Assembly: GCA_965219515.1 (NCBI GenBank) | Contig: OZ244776.1 | Span: forward strand, 891,224-955,223 | DNA: 64,000 nt | Origin: Ilyomonas sp. | Lineage (GTDB): Bacteria; Bacteroidota; Bacteroidia; Chitinophagales; Chitinophagaceae | Direction: 5' to 3' | Shown: positions 49,039-57,953 of the stretch, one piece after another | How positions within the stretch are numbered: position 1 is the stretch's first letter | Layout: each line of letters opens with the position of its first letter | Translations under genes and position numbers: made by a program | Notes under the pieces: generated by a model | The model's input: the letters and a program-made list of their open reading frames with translations, nothing else | What the model was told of the DNA's origin: nothing | Database searches by the model: none

Positions 49039-51354
49039 CTATTTTTTGTCCTCGATTACTTTTACCTGATACGTCTTATCGTCATACTGGTAACGGTTGC
49101 CATATCCATATCCGCGTCCGTAACCTTTTTTGAAAAAACCTCTTCCTTTCACCGAATTAAACACGATAAGTGGATTTTTTAAATCTTTTATTTTGCCGCT
49201 TTCTTCCAGCGATTGAATCATAGCTTTCGGCGTATAGCCATGTCTTACCACAAACAATGTCATATCGCAATATTCAGACAACAGGTAAGCATCTGCTACC
49301 GGGTCAACAGGTGCGGTATCAACAATAATATAATCAAATTCTTTTTCCAGGTGAAGAAACAGATCATTTAGCTTTTCGTCAAGCAAAAGCTCGGTTGGAT
49401 CGGTTGAACCCACACCAACCGGAATGACAGAAAGATTTTTGTAACTCGTTTCGTTTACAATAGATTCTATGGCGCACTCGCCTTCCAAAAAATTGATGGT
49501 TCCTATTTTGCCATTGACATTAAAAATGTGTGTTGATTTGGGATTTCGTAAATCTAAATCTACCATTACCACTTTTTTTCTTGTGGCGGCAAGGCTTACC
49601 GCAAGATTGCTGCTGACAAAGCTTTTTCCTTCGCCTGTAATGCTTGATGTTACCAGAATTTTCTTTTGCAGTTTGCTTCGGTTACTGAACAATCCGATAG
49701 AAGCTCTCAGATGCCTGAATTGTTCTGTAATATAATAATTATCGGGTGTGCTGATGGCAATCGGGTCTTTGGTTTTTACATTGGTAAGCTCTGCCACAAC
49801 CGGTAACTGAAAATTGTCTTCAATATCGTTACGAAACAATATTTTACTGCTGAAGAGATCTTTGGCGCTTATAAAGACAGCGCCCAAACCCAATGCAGCT
49901 ACCAAAGCTGCGAGATAAGCAAAAGATTTTTTAGGGCTTTCAGGAAACTCGTCTGCCTGTGCGGTATCTACAACACGGCTATCTGCCACGGCTGAGGCTA
50001 AGGTAAGCGCTGTTTCTTCTCTTTTTTGAAGCAGAAAAGAGTAAACGCTGCTTTTAATGGCTTGCTGCCGGCTTATTTCAAGTAATTCTTTTTCTTTCTG
50101 TGGGATAGCCTGTAATGTTGAATTATAATTGCCATTTGTAGCGGCAATGTTCTTACGGCTTGCCTGTAAGCTGCTGCGCTGGCTTTGAATATTTTGAAGA
50201 ATACTGGGTTTTATTTTTTCAACACGATCGCGGAGGCTTAAAACAATCGGGTTGTTATCGCCGGTTGTTTTTCGCATTTTATCGTATTCAAGCTCGCTGG
50301 TATAAAGGTCTTCTACCAGTTTGCCTAATGCAGGGTCGTCAAGTCCTGCGGTTGAAGGTACAATGCCTTCCTGTGTATTGCTTTTTTTAGCGAAATTTTC
50401 CACCTGATCCAATACTGCCATCTGCATACCGATATCAGCAGACTTCTGATCGTTTTGTCCAACATTTTCCAGATACAATCTTCCCTGCTCACTTAAATCT
50501 ACCACGCCTTTCTGCGCTTTAAATTGCTGTATTTTGGTCTCAATACCGCTCAGCTCGTCCGATACCTGTTGCAACCTGTCATCCAAAAATTTAAGCGTAG
50601 TTCCGGCAAGTACATTTTTCTCTTTTATTGAAGCCTTGTTATAAGTGATAATCAGGTTATTTAAAACATCTTCGCCTCTTTTCGGAACTTCATCTTTAAA
50701 TGTTAAGTCCATAATGGTAGAAGCTTTGCTGGATGTGCTTACTTCTAACCCCAATACAAGATCATTAGCAACCTTTTCAACATTGTTTAGCGAGAAAAAC
50801 AAACTGTCTTTCGCCTGGCTGGTTTGATTTTTATTTTTTTCAAACTTCAGAATGCCATAAGGTGTTTTTATCCATTGATTGATGGGATATACTGATTTGC
50901 CAATGTGAACCTGACCACCTGCCGATTTGCTGTAAAGGAAATAAATGTTATCAGTTGGGGTAAGTTTATCCGGGTTTTGAGCTTCTATGGTTACGGGCGA
51001 CGTGGTATAAGCCGATGCTACTCTGAAACGCCCTTTTTCTGAAACCGGTGCGTAGAGATACAGGTTTCGTACAACCTCGCGCATCAGTGTTTTGGAATGA
51101 AGTACTTCGGTTTCGTTCTCAACGATGGTTTTTTCGTTGTAAACGTTTAACGATTCCATGAGCTTTGAATCTTCTACGCCCTTGCGCTCGTCTTTAACAG
51201 ACATGGTTGCCGACACATTGTAAACAGGCGGTGTAATGTTTACGTAAACAAATGCACAGGCAACGCATATAATAAGTAAAATGGCAAATAACGGCCAATA
51301 TGGTAAATACCTGAATTTTAAAGTGCTGATAAAGCTGTTTTGAGTTTTTTGCAT
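49039..51354 (-). CDS. wzc: polysaccharide co-polymerase / tyrosine autokinase (Wzc, PCP-2a type)
   Basis: 771 aa with an N-terminal Wzz-type domain, a coiled-coil periplasmic region and a second TM helix. Has Walker A SSITGEGKSF and a C-terminal Tyr cluster GYGRGYGYGNRYQYDDKTY. Confidence 0.9.
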   Translation of the reverse strand: MQKTQNSFISTLKFRYLPYWPLFAILLIICVACAFVYVNITPPVYNVSATMSVKDERKGVEDSKLMESLNVYNEKTIVENETEVLHSKTLMREVVRNLYLYAPVSEKGRFRVASAYTTSPVTIEAQNPDKLTPTDNIYFLYSKSAGGQVHIGKSVYPINQWIKTPYGILKFEKNKNQTSQAKDSLFFSLNNVEKVANDLVLGLEVSTSSKASTIMDLTFKDEVPKRGEDVLNNLIITYNKASIKEKNVLAGTTLKFLDDRLQQVSDELSGIETKIQQFKAQKGVVDLSEQGRLYLENVGQNDQKSADIGMQMAVLDQVENFAKKSNTQEGIVPSTAGLDDPALGKLVEDLYTSELEYDKMRKTTGDNNPIVLSLRDRVEKIKPSILQNIQSQRSSLQASRKNIAATNGNYNSTLQAIPQKEKELLEISRQQAIKSSVYSFLLQKREETALTLASAVADSRVVDTAQADEFPESPKKSFAYLAALVAALGLGAVFISAKDLFSSKILFRNDIEDNFQLPVVAELTNVKTKDPIAISTPDNYYITEQFRHLRASIGLFSNRSKLQKKILVTSSITGEGKSFVSSNLAVSLAATRKKVVMVDLDLRNPKSTHIFNVNGKIGTINFLEGECAIESIVNETSYKNLSVIPVGVGSTDPTELLLDEKLNDLFLHLEKEFDYIIVDTAPVDPVADAYLLSEYCDMTLFVVRHGYTPKAMIQSLEESGKIKDLKNPLIVFNSVKGRGFFKKGYGRGYGYGNRYQYDDKTYQVKVIEDKK

Positions 51355-51514
51355 GTCAGTTCATGTTTTGTATGAGTTTGCAGGGAATTGGTTTTGTACC
51401 CAAAAATGCGTAAGACTATTTTCTTGTTGAATAACAAAGTAACGATTTGAAAGCTACTTCCATTTTTTTATTTTTTATAAGCAGATTTTGTAAAATACAA
51501 TCTATCGAATTTCG

Positions 51515-51522
51515 CAAAAGTA
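51515..51522 (-). promoter_or_regulatory. candidate -7 promoter box (TACTTTTG on the minus strand) for the polysaccharide operon
   Basis: This is the only exact TAnnTTTG match I found on the minus strand in the 700-bp ORF-free region upstream of wzc. It lies about 160 nt from the ATG. Supported by the motif only. Confidence 0.25.
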
Positions 51523-52050
51523 TAGTTTAAGCTAATATCCAAATTGCAAAGTAAACTAAAGCTATACGATCATTGTTTGCCTTGAGATTATAATATAATT
51601 ATAAAATATTAAATCTGCCCGGAATGAGCAAATAAAAGACCGCTTTTGAAAATCAGGTTGTAAAAGGTTCATTTAAGAAAACATATCAGCTTTAAAAGAA
51701 TGATTTTGTGGATAAATATTATAAAAGTTGATCAATGGTGTTTGTAAAGATTACATAGATTATTTTGTTTTGATCTAAAAAAAATCATTTCATGAGTTTC
51801 GTCTTAAAACGAGAAACGTAAAAATGCGGTTTTACGGCGAAAAGATTTAATACGAAATACGCTCGGTAAAGGAGTTTTTCCGGTAAAAATCTCAGTATTT
51901 AAAAAAGCTCTTACAGATATCGCAGATTAAAGCAGACATTAATATGCCATTTCTGTCGAGTCTCTGACATAATATTTAGTGATACATGACTGTTTTTTTA
52001 AATTATTTCAGCCATTCCTAATAAAATTGCAGTTTTATATAATACAAATT

Positions 52051-53583
52051 TCAGGAAAGCAGTTGCAAACTATGTTTGATGCGCTTAATTGTTTCTTCCT
52101 TGCCTATCAATTCTGCAATTTCAAAAACTGCCGGTCCCCGTTTTTCGCCAACCAGCATAATGCGAAACGGTAACATCAGTTCGCCGGGCTTTAAAACATG
52201 TACCGATACAATTTCTTTAAACGTGTTTTCCAGATCGGTTTGTTGCCAGTTTTGCAGCAAATCGTAATTGCGGATTAATTCTGAAAAAAATAAAGCTTTC
52301 TGCTCATTCCATTTCGGCTTGATTGAGCTAATGTCTATCTTCATCGGCTGTTGAAAAAAGTAAGACGCTTCGTATATAAAATCGGGCAGCAAAGTGCATC
52401 GTTCTTTCACCAGGTTCAGCACTTTATGAAAAGTTTTTTCATCCGGCAAATCAATATTTTTCTGTTCAAACAGAACTCTAACTTCTTTGCCGTAATGTTC
52501 CGCGGGCAGGCGTTTTATCCATTCGTGGTTGAACCATTTTGCTTTATCATAATCGAATTTGGCACCTGCTTTATGAACACGCTCAATAGAAAATTCTGTA
52601 ATCAGTTCATCAATGCTAAATATTTCCTGATCGGTTTTATCGGCCCATCCCAATAAAGCCAGCATGTTTATAAATGCTTCGGGCAAAAATCCGGTTTCTT
52701 TAAAGCCGGGCGTAATCTCACCCGTATTCGGGTCAGTCCAGTTTTTTGCATATACGGGAAAGCCGAATCTGGCACCGTCCCGCTTACTAAGTTTGCCTTG
52801 TCCGTTTGGTTTCAGAATCAGAGGAAAATGCGCCCATTGCGGCATGTTATCTTCGCCGAATAAATATCGCCAAAGCAGAATATGAACCGGCGCGCTCGGC
52901 AACCATTCCTCGCCACGAAACGCATGGGTAATCTGCATTAAATAATCGTCTGCCACAACAGCCAGATGATAAGTGGGCATTCCGTCGCCTTTCAACAGCA
53001 CTTTGTCATCGGTTGTTGCTGTATTAAACTTCACTTCGCCACGTATCAGATCGGTAAATACAATATCTTCCGGCTGTTCCGGCATTTTAATCCGAATCAC
53101 ATAAGGAATGTTTTCGGCAAGCAATCGCTCAGTTTCAGCTTTATCTATCATAAGTGAGTTTCGCATGAAATTTCTCGTTGCAACATTGTATTGCGCTGTG
53201 GCATGTTCCTGCTTATAGGCGTTGCGCATTGCTTCCAGTTCTTCCGGCGTATCAAAAGCATAATAAGCATGTCCATTATTTATCAGTTGTTGTGCATATT
53301 GCCGGTAAATTTCTTTGCGCTCGCTTTGTCTGTATGGTCCAAAACCACCATTTTGCATTGCGCTTTCATCGGGCTGCAAACCGCACCAGGCAAGGGTTTC
53401 AAAAATATATTCTTCTGCCCCGGTTACAAAGCGGTTCTGGTCTGTATCCTCTGTTCGTACAATAAAAATGCCGCCGTGTTGCTTCGCAAATAAATAATTA
53501 AACAATGCCGTTCTCACGCCGCCCAGATGCAAACCGCCGGTTGGCGATGGTGCAAAACGCACCCGCACATTTGATGTTTTCAT
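52051..53583 (-). CDS. gltX: glutamate--tRNA ligase
   Basis: RFAPSPTGGLHLGG (HIGH motif) and KLSKR (KMSKS motif), 510 aa. Confidence 0.95.
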   Translation of the reverse strand: MKTSNVRVRFAPSPTGGLHLGGVRTALFNYLFAKQHGGIFIVRTEDTDQNRFVTGAEEYIFETLAWCGLQPDESAMQNGGFGPYRQSERKEIYRQYAQQLINNGHAYYAFDTPEELEAMRNAYKQEHATAQYNVATRNFMRNSLMIDKAETERLLAENIPYVIRIKMPEQPEDIVFTDLIRGEVKFNTATTDDKVLLKGDGMPTYHLAVVADDYLMQITHAFRGEEWLPSAPVHILLWRYLFGEDNMPQWAHFPLILKPNGQGKLSKRDGARFGFPVYAKNWTDPNTGEITPGFKETGFLPEAFINMLALLGWADKTDQEIFSIDELITEFSIERVHKAGAKFDYDKAKWFNHEWIKRLPAEHYGKEVRVLFEQKNIDLPDEKTFHKVLNLVKERCTLLPDFIYEASYFFQQPMKIDISSIKPKWNEQKALFFSELIRNYDLLQNWQQTDLENTFKEIVSVHVLKPGELMLPFRIMLVGEKRGPAVFEIAELIGKEETIKRIKHSLQLLS

Positions 53584-53670
53584 ATCGCAAAAATAAACCG
53601 GGATTGATGATATAAAATTTCGGATTGATGTTTTATCAATTTCATTGGCTGTTAGGGCATCAAAATCTTT

Positions 53671-54258
53671 TTATAATTTTTTGATATTGACGATTAAAAC
53701 TGGCGGGATAAAAGCCTGATCGTTTTCGGGGCGATTGTAAATGATATTAACGACGTTCATTCCTTTTACCACCCTGCCAAAAGCGGCATAGCCCTGCCCG
53801 TCAGCATTATTTTCTCCGTCAAAATCAAATCCGGGCTGCTTGCCGATACAAATAAAAAATTCCGGGTTGGCGGTGCCGGGTTCAAGTCTTGCCAAAGACA
53901 ACGTGCCGTTCAGATGCAGGATACCGGTTTGTTTTGTGGTTTCGTGCGGAATGCCGGGTAATGAGACTGCTTTTTTGTAATCTGTTTGCCAGATGCCGCC
54001 TTGTATCAGATGGCTTTTGGAAGCGTTTGAAGGCTGATTGTCGTTGTTTAAAATGCGGTAAAAAGAACTGTGCTTATATAGACCCGCTTCTGCATTTTTA
54101 AGAAACGCGTTTGCAGTTAACGGAGCTTTATCAATGTAAATTTCGGCTTCTATATCGCCCGCTTCTGTTTCAATTAATACATGCGGATACTTGTATGTTT
54201 GCGAACTGCAGCCCGCATATAAATAAACAATGATTGCAAGTAAACCTGTTATTTTCAT
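53671..54258 (-). CDS. cyclophilin-type peptidyl-prolyl isomerase, secreted/lipoprotein
   Basis: Signal peptide with LYAGC lipobox, then FYRILNN...IQGG...GTLSLAR...FFICIG...YAAFGRVV, which is the cyclophilin core. Confidence 0.9.
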   Translation of the reverse strand: MKITGLLAIIVYLYAGCSSQTYKYPHVLIETEAGDIEAEIYIDKAPLTANAFLKNAEAGLYKHSSFYRILNNDNQPSNASKSHLIQGGIWQTDYKKAVSLPGIPHETTKQTGILHLNGTLSLARLEPGTANPEFFICIGKQPGFDFDGENNADGQGYAAFGRVVKGMNVVNIIYNRPENDQAFIPPVLIVNIKKL

Positions 54259-54262
54259 ATCG

Positions 54263-54958
54263 TCAGCTTTTTTTCAAAGTCAGTTTTACAAGAAACCGAT
54301 CCCATTTATCTTCTCCCAAAACTGTCATTTGCCAGCCTGTTTCGTTTGCCGATTCAGCAAGCAAATTTCTGTCTGTGTATAACCAGGTAAACCAGTCAGT
54401 CTTTTGCTTTTTATATTCATACTGATAGGAGATTTCGCCGTAATATGTTTCGCTTTCCGGTGGCTTATAATCGTACAGATACGCCACGTCGGATGAATCG
54501 AAAAGCAACTGACCTTCCGGATGTATCAGTATTTTAGCGTGTTCTAAAAACAAGGCGAGTTTTTGTGCGTTACCGGTAAAACCAATGCCGTTCATCATAA
54601 ACAGCAGGGTATCAAACTTCGCTTTGTTATAACCAAATACATCGCCTGTCTCAACTTTTTTTACGCCGCGGTGATGCATTATTTCTGCCGCTTTCAGCGA
54701 TATATCAATAGCGGTTACATCTATGCCGGCGTGTTGCAATTCCAGTGTATGACTGCCCGCGCCGGCGCCTACATCCAGCACTTTTCCTTTGCATAGCTGA
54801 AGTGCCATCCGCTCTAATTTTGGCATATTTTCCTTACTTCTGAAATATGTTTTTACCGGCATATTTTCCGATTCGCCATACGTATTATGTATCCATAGTT
54901 TTTTTGGATCGTTATCAAAATAAAAATCGTGCATGGCGCTGCCTAAAACATCTTTCAT
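54263..54958 (-). CDS. class I SAM-dependent methyltransferase
   Basis: VLDVGAGAGSHTLEL motif I. Start placed at the ATG at 54956-54958; the track ORF extends to 55033. Confidence 0.8.
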   Translation of the reverse strand: MKDVLGSAMHDFYFDNDPKKLWIHNTYGESENMPVKTYFRSKENMPKLERMALQLCKGKVLDVGAGAGSHTLELQHAGIDVTAIDISLKAAEIMHHRGVKKVETGDVFGYNKAKFDTLLFMMNGIGFTGNAQKLALFLEHAKILIHPEGQLLFDSSDVAYLYDYKPPESETYYGEISYQYEYKKQKTDWFTWLYTDRNLLAESANETGWQMTVLGEDKWDRFLVKLTLKKS

Positions 54959-55240
54959 TTTTATTAAAATATCAAAGTTGAACAAACCATTCAGAAAATA
55001 AAAACGGAAGTTTTTATTCTTACCAAAAAGCAATGTAGCTAAAGCATGTCATTTATTTTTGTCATATTGCCGGCGCAAATTATGTGCTATACAGTACCGA
55101 TCATTTAAAAAAATTATCAGAAATCATCTGTTAATTGCTGCAATTCAGTTACTTGTCTAATCAACAGACGAAGACAATGCTTTACATTTGTTTTTGCTAT
55201 TAACAAATTTTAATCACACTTCTCAAATCTTTCAATTTTC

Positions 55241-56023
55241 ATGTATATGAAACAAATTATAAAAGATTTTTTAAAGAAGCAGTCGTTGCTGATGAAATTA
55301 TTCAGAACAGTTAAAACCGGCTCGGCTTTTAAACCCGCTTACAGCAAAACAATAAAAGGCACAAACAACAAACTGAATTTTCATTCATCCGCTCTTTTTA
55401 TTGATTGTAAAATTAATATTACCGGAAACAACAATGAAATTGTGGTGAAGGATACAACGCTGCTGACAAACGTAATTTTCTATATTCATGGCAACAACAA
55501 CAGAATTGAGATTTCCAATAATGTTTTGTTTAACCAATCCTGCACGTTATGGATGTAAGACGACAATGGCGAAATATTTATAAACGAACATACATCGCTT
55601 GAAGCTACCGATATTGCCGTTACTGAAAAAGGTACAAAAGTTACCATTGGTAAAGATTGCATGTTGTCTTATGATGTTGACATCAGAACCGGAGAGGCCC
55701 ATTCAATAATAGATCTTTCAACAAACAAGCGCATCAATTATGCAAAAAATATTACCATCGGCAATCATGTTTGGGTAGCCGCTCATGTGTCTATTTTAAA
55801 AGGCTCACAGATTCCATCCAACTCGGTAGTTGCAACAAGGGCGCTGGTAACCAAAAAGTTTGAAAAAGAAAATGTGCTGATCGGCGGTTCCCCGGCGGTC
55901 ATCATAAAAGAAAACATTAACTGGCTGAGAGAACGCATTTATGAAAATCAAAAAGTATTGCTGTTTGTTATTGGAACCGGCATCTTAAAATGCATATTTG
56001 AATCTTATTGTTCGCTTCTTTAG
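55241..56023 (+). pseudogene. hexapeptide-repeat (LbH) acyltransferase interrupted by one in-frame TAA
   Basis: ORFs 55241..55558 and 55661..56023 share one frame, and the sequence between them is open apart from the TAA at 55556-55558 (..CTLWM*DDNGEIFINEHTSL..). The joined product has a typical LbH layout: IGKDCMLSYDVDIRTGEAHSI...ITIGNHVWVAAHVSILKG. Confidence 0.7.
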
Positions 56024-56065
56024 GTAATATTCAACACATTTGCATTTCTTACAAAAAGTTTGTAA

Positions 56066-56875
56066 ATGATGATAAAATATGTTTGCATCGCTGCGGTACT
56101 CATTTCTTTTTCGGCCTGCACGCCAAACAATGTAATTGTTGACGATTCTCTAAAAAAATATTTTGATGCGAATAACGTAACCGGCACTTTCGGTTTATTT
56201 GACAACGGGCAGGGCAATTTTACCGTTTACAATCTTTCGCGCTACCGCGATTCGGCTTACCTGCCGGCTTCTACTTTTAAAATTGTGAACTCGTTAATTG
56301 GTTTGCAAACCGGCAGAATTTCAAACGAAAAAATGGTTATTAAATGGGATGGCGTGGTTCGTCAGATTCCGCAATGGAATAAAGACCTCACCATGGCAGA
56401 AGCTTTCAAATTATCGGCAGTTCCTTATTATCAGGAAGTAGCACGAAGGATAGGCAAAGATACCATGCAATTGTGGCTCGATAGCCTGCATTACGGAACA
56501 CAAAAAATAAAAAGCCGCGTTGATACTTTCTGGCTTGACAATTCGCTGAAAATAAAACCCGATGAACAGTTAGGCCTGGTTAAGAAATTATATTTTCAGC
56601 AGCTTCCTTTTGATAAGCGACCGCAGACCATTGTAAAAAAAATAATGCTGCAGGAAAGCAATGCCAACTACCAGCTAAGCTACAAAACCGGACTTGGCGT
56701 TGATGAAAAAGGCAATGGCATCGGCTGGATTGTTGGCTGGATAGAAGAAAACCAGCATCCCTATTTTTTTGTTTTAAATGTTGAAGGTTCGCCTGCTACC
56801 GATATGACTGAAATGCGTATTACTATCTTAAAAAGCATCTTACAACAACTTGGCTTTTTTAAAGGGAAAAAATAA
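56066..56875 (+). CDS. class D (OXA-type) beta-lactamase, probable lipoprotein
   Basis: Contains all class D boxes in the canonical order: STFK (PASTFKIVNS), SAV (KLSAVPYY), YGT (compare YGN), FWLDNSLKI and KTG (SYKTGLG). N-terminal lipobox is LISFSAC. Confidence 0.9.
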   Translation: MMIKYVCIAAVLISFSACTPNNVIVDDSLKKYFDANNVTGTFGLFDNGQGNFTVYNLSRYRDSAYLPASTFKIVNSLIGLQTGRISNEKMVIKWDGVVRQIPQWNKDLTMAEAFKLSAVPYYQEVARRIGKDTMQLWLDSLHYGTQKIKSRVDTFWLDNSLKIKPDEQLGLVKKLYFQQLPFDKRPQTIVKKIMLQESNANYQLSYKTGLGVDEKGNGIGWIVGWIEENQHPYFFVLNVEGSPATDMTEMRITILKSILQQLGFFKGKK

Positions 56876-56945
56876 AAATGTAAAAGTTAATTGTAGCAGC
56901 CGCTTCTTGTCATTCCCATTTTACTTTTTATTTTTAATTTTTTAC

Positions 56946-57953
56946 ATGCTTTCTTTTGAAAACAATACATTTCTCTTCGGATTAATTATTTTAATTCCCC
57001 TCACATTGCTTTTTGTAGCGGTTCTTCGCTGGAAACGTAACGTGCGTAAAGCATTAGGCGATTTCTATTTAATAAATAAACTAACCGCCAATTACTCGCC
57101 GGCACTTTACAGAGCCAAATTCATTGCGGTTCTTGTTACTATCGCGCTTGGTATTTTTGCCCTGGCAAATTTGCGCAAACCCGCAAAAACCGATGGCGAA
57201 AAACGCGCGGGCATAGATGTTATGATTGCGCTTGACGTTAGCAAAAGTATGCTGAGCGAAGATGTAAAACCTTCGCGTCTTGATAAAGCAAAACAGTGCG
57301 TAAGCCTGTTGTTAGATAAGCTTGGCAATAACCGTCTTGGCATTGTTGTATTTGCCGGTCAGGCGTTTTTGCAAATGCCATTGACTTCCGATGTTGCAGC
57401 TACCAGATTGTATCTCAGCAATGCCACGCCCGATGCGGTTTCATTGCAGGGAACTGACATCAGCAGCGCCTTGCAGCTTTGCGCCGCTTCGTTAGACACG
57501 AAAGAAAAAAAATATAAAGCCGTGGTACTCATTTCTGACGGTGAAGACCACGATCCGAAAACAAAAAACACATTGCAACATCTTTTCGATGATGGTGTTA
57601 TTGTATATACCATTGGCATTGGCACCGCAGAAGGTTCGCCGATTGTTGAAGCCGGCAATGTTTATAAAACAGACATTAACGGACAAACGGTAATTTCGAA
57701 ACTGAATGCAGAAGAATTAAAATTGATTTCTGAAAAAACGGGCGGCTCTTATTTTCATCTGGAGAACTCGGAAACAACGGCAGATGAATTGGCTTCGCAA
57801 TTAAATAACAGAGAAAAAAAAATAATTAATGATACCGGCGGCAGTCATCAATACACTTCCTTTTATCCTTTGTTCACCGCATTGATGATATTGATTCTGA
57901 TTGCCGAAGTTTTTATTCCTGAAATAAAAAGAAAAGCGCATGAGCAGACATAA
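56946..57953 (+). CDS. VWA domain membrane protein (BatA/BatB-like)
   Basis: N-terminal TM helices, a MIDAS motif ALDVSKSM, and a C-terminal TM helix. Start set at ATG 56946 because the track ORF (56850) overlaps the beta-lactamase 3' end with an implausible leader. Confidence 0.85.
   Translation: MLSFENNTFLFGLIILIPLTLLFVAVLRWKRNVRKALGDFYLINKLTANYSPALYRAKFIAVLVTIALGIFALANLRKPAKTDGEKRAGIDVMIALDVSKSMLSEDVKPSRLDKAKQCVSLLLDKLGNNRLGIVVFAGQAFLQMPLTSDVAATRLYLSNATPDAVSLQGTDISSALQLCAASLDTKEKKYKAVVLISDGEDHDPKTKNTLQHLFDDGVIVYTIGIGTAEGSPIVEAGNVYKTDINGQTVISKLNAEELKLISEKTGGSYFHLENSETTADELASQLNNREKKIINDTGGSHQYTSFYPLFTALMILILIAEVFIPEIKRKAHEQT

Noticed and set aside
51355-52050. Invertible-promoter (fin/Mpi-type) switch upstream of the polysaccharide operon.
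   Set aside because: I saw no pair of good inverted repeats of 15 bp or more bracketing a promoter-sized segment, and no site-specific recombinase gene is nearby. Only weak AT-rich imperfect dyads are present.
56850-56945. N-terminal extension of the VWA ORF that overlaps the beta-lactamase 3' end.
   Set aside because: The extension (MAFLKGKNKNVKVNCSSRF...) has no membrane or signal character. The internal ATG at 56946 starts directly at the expected first TM helix.
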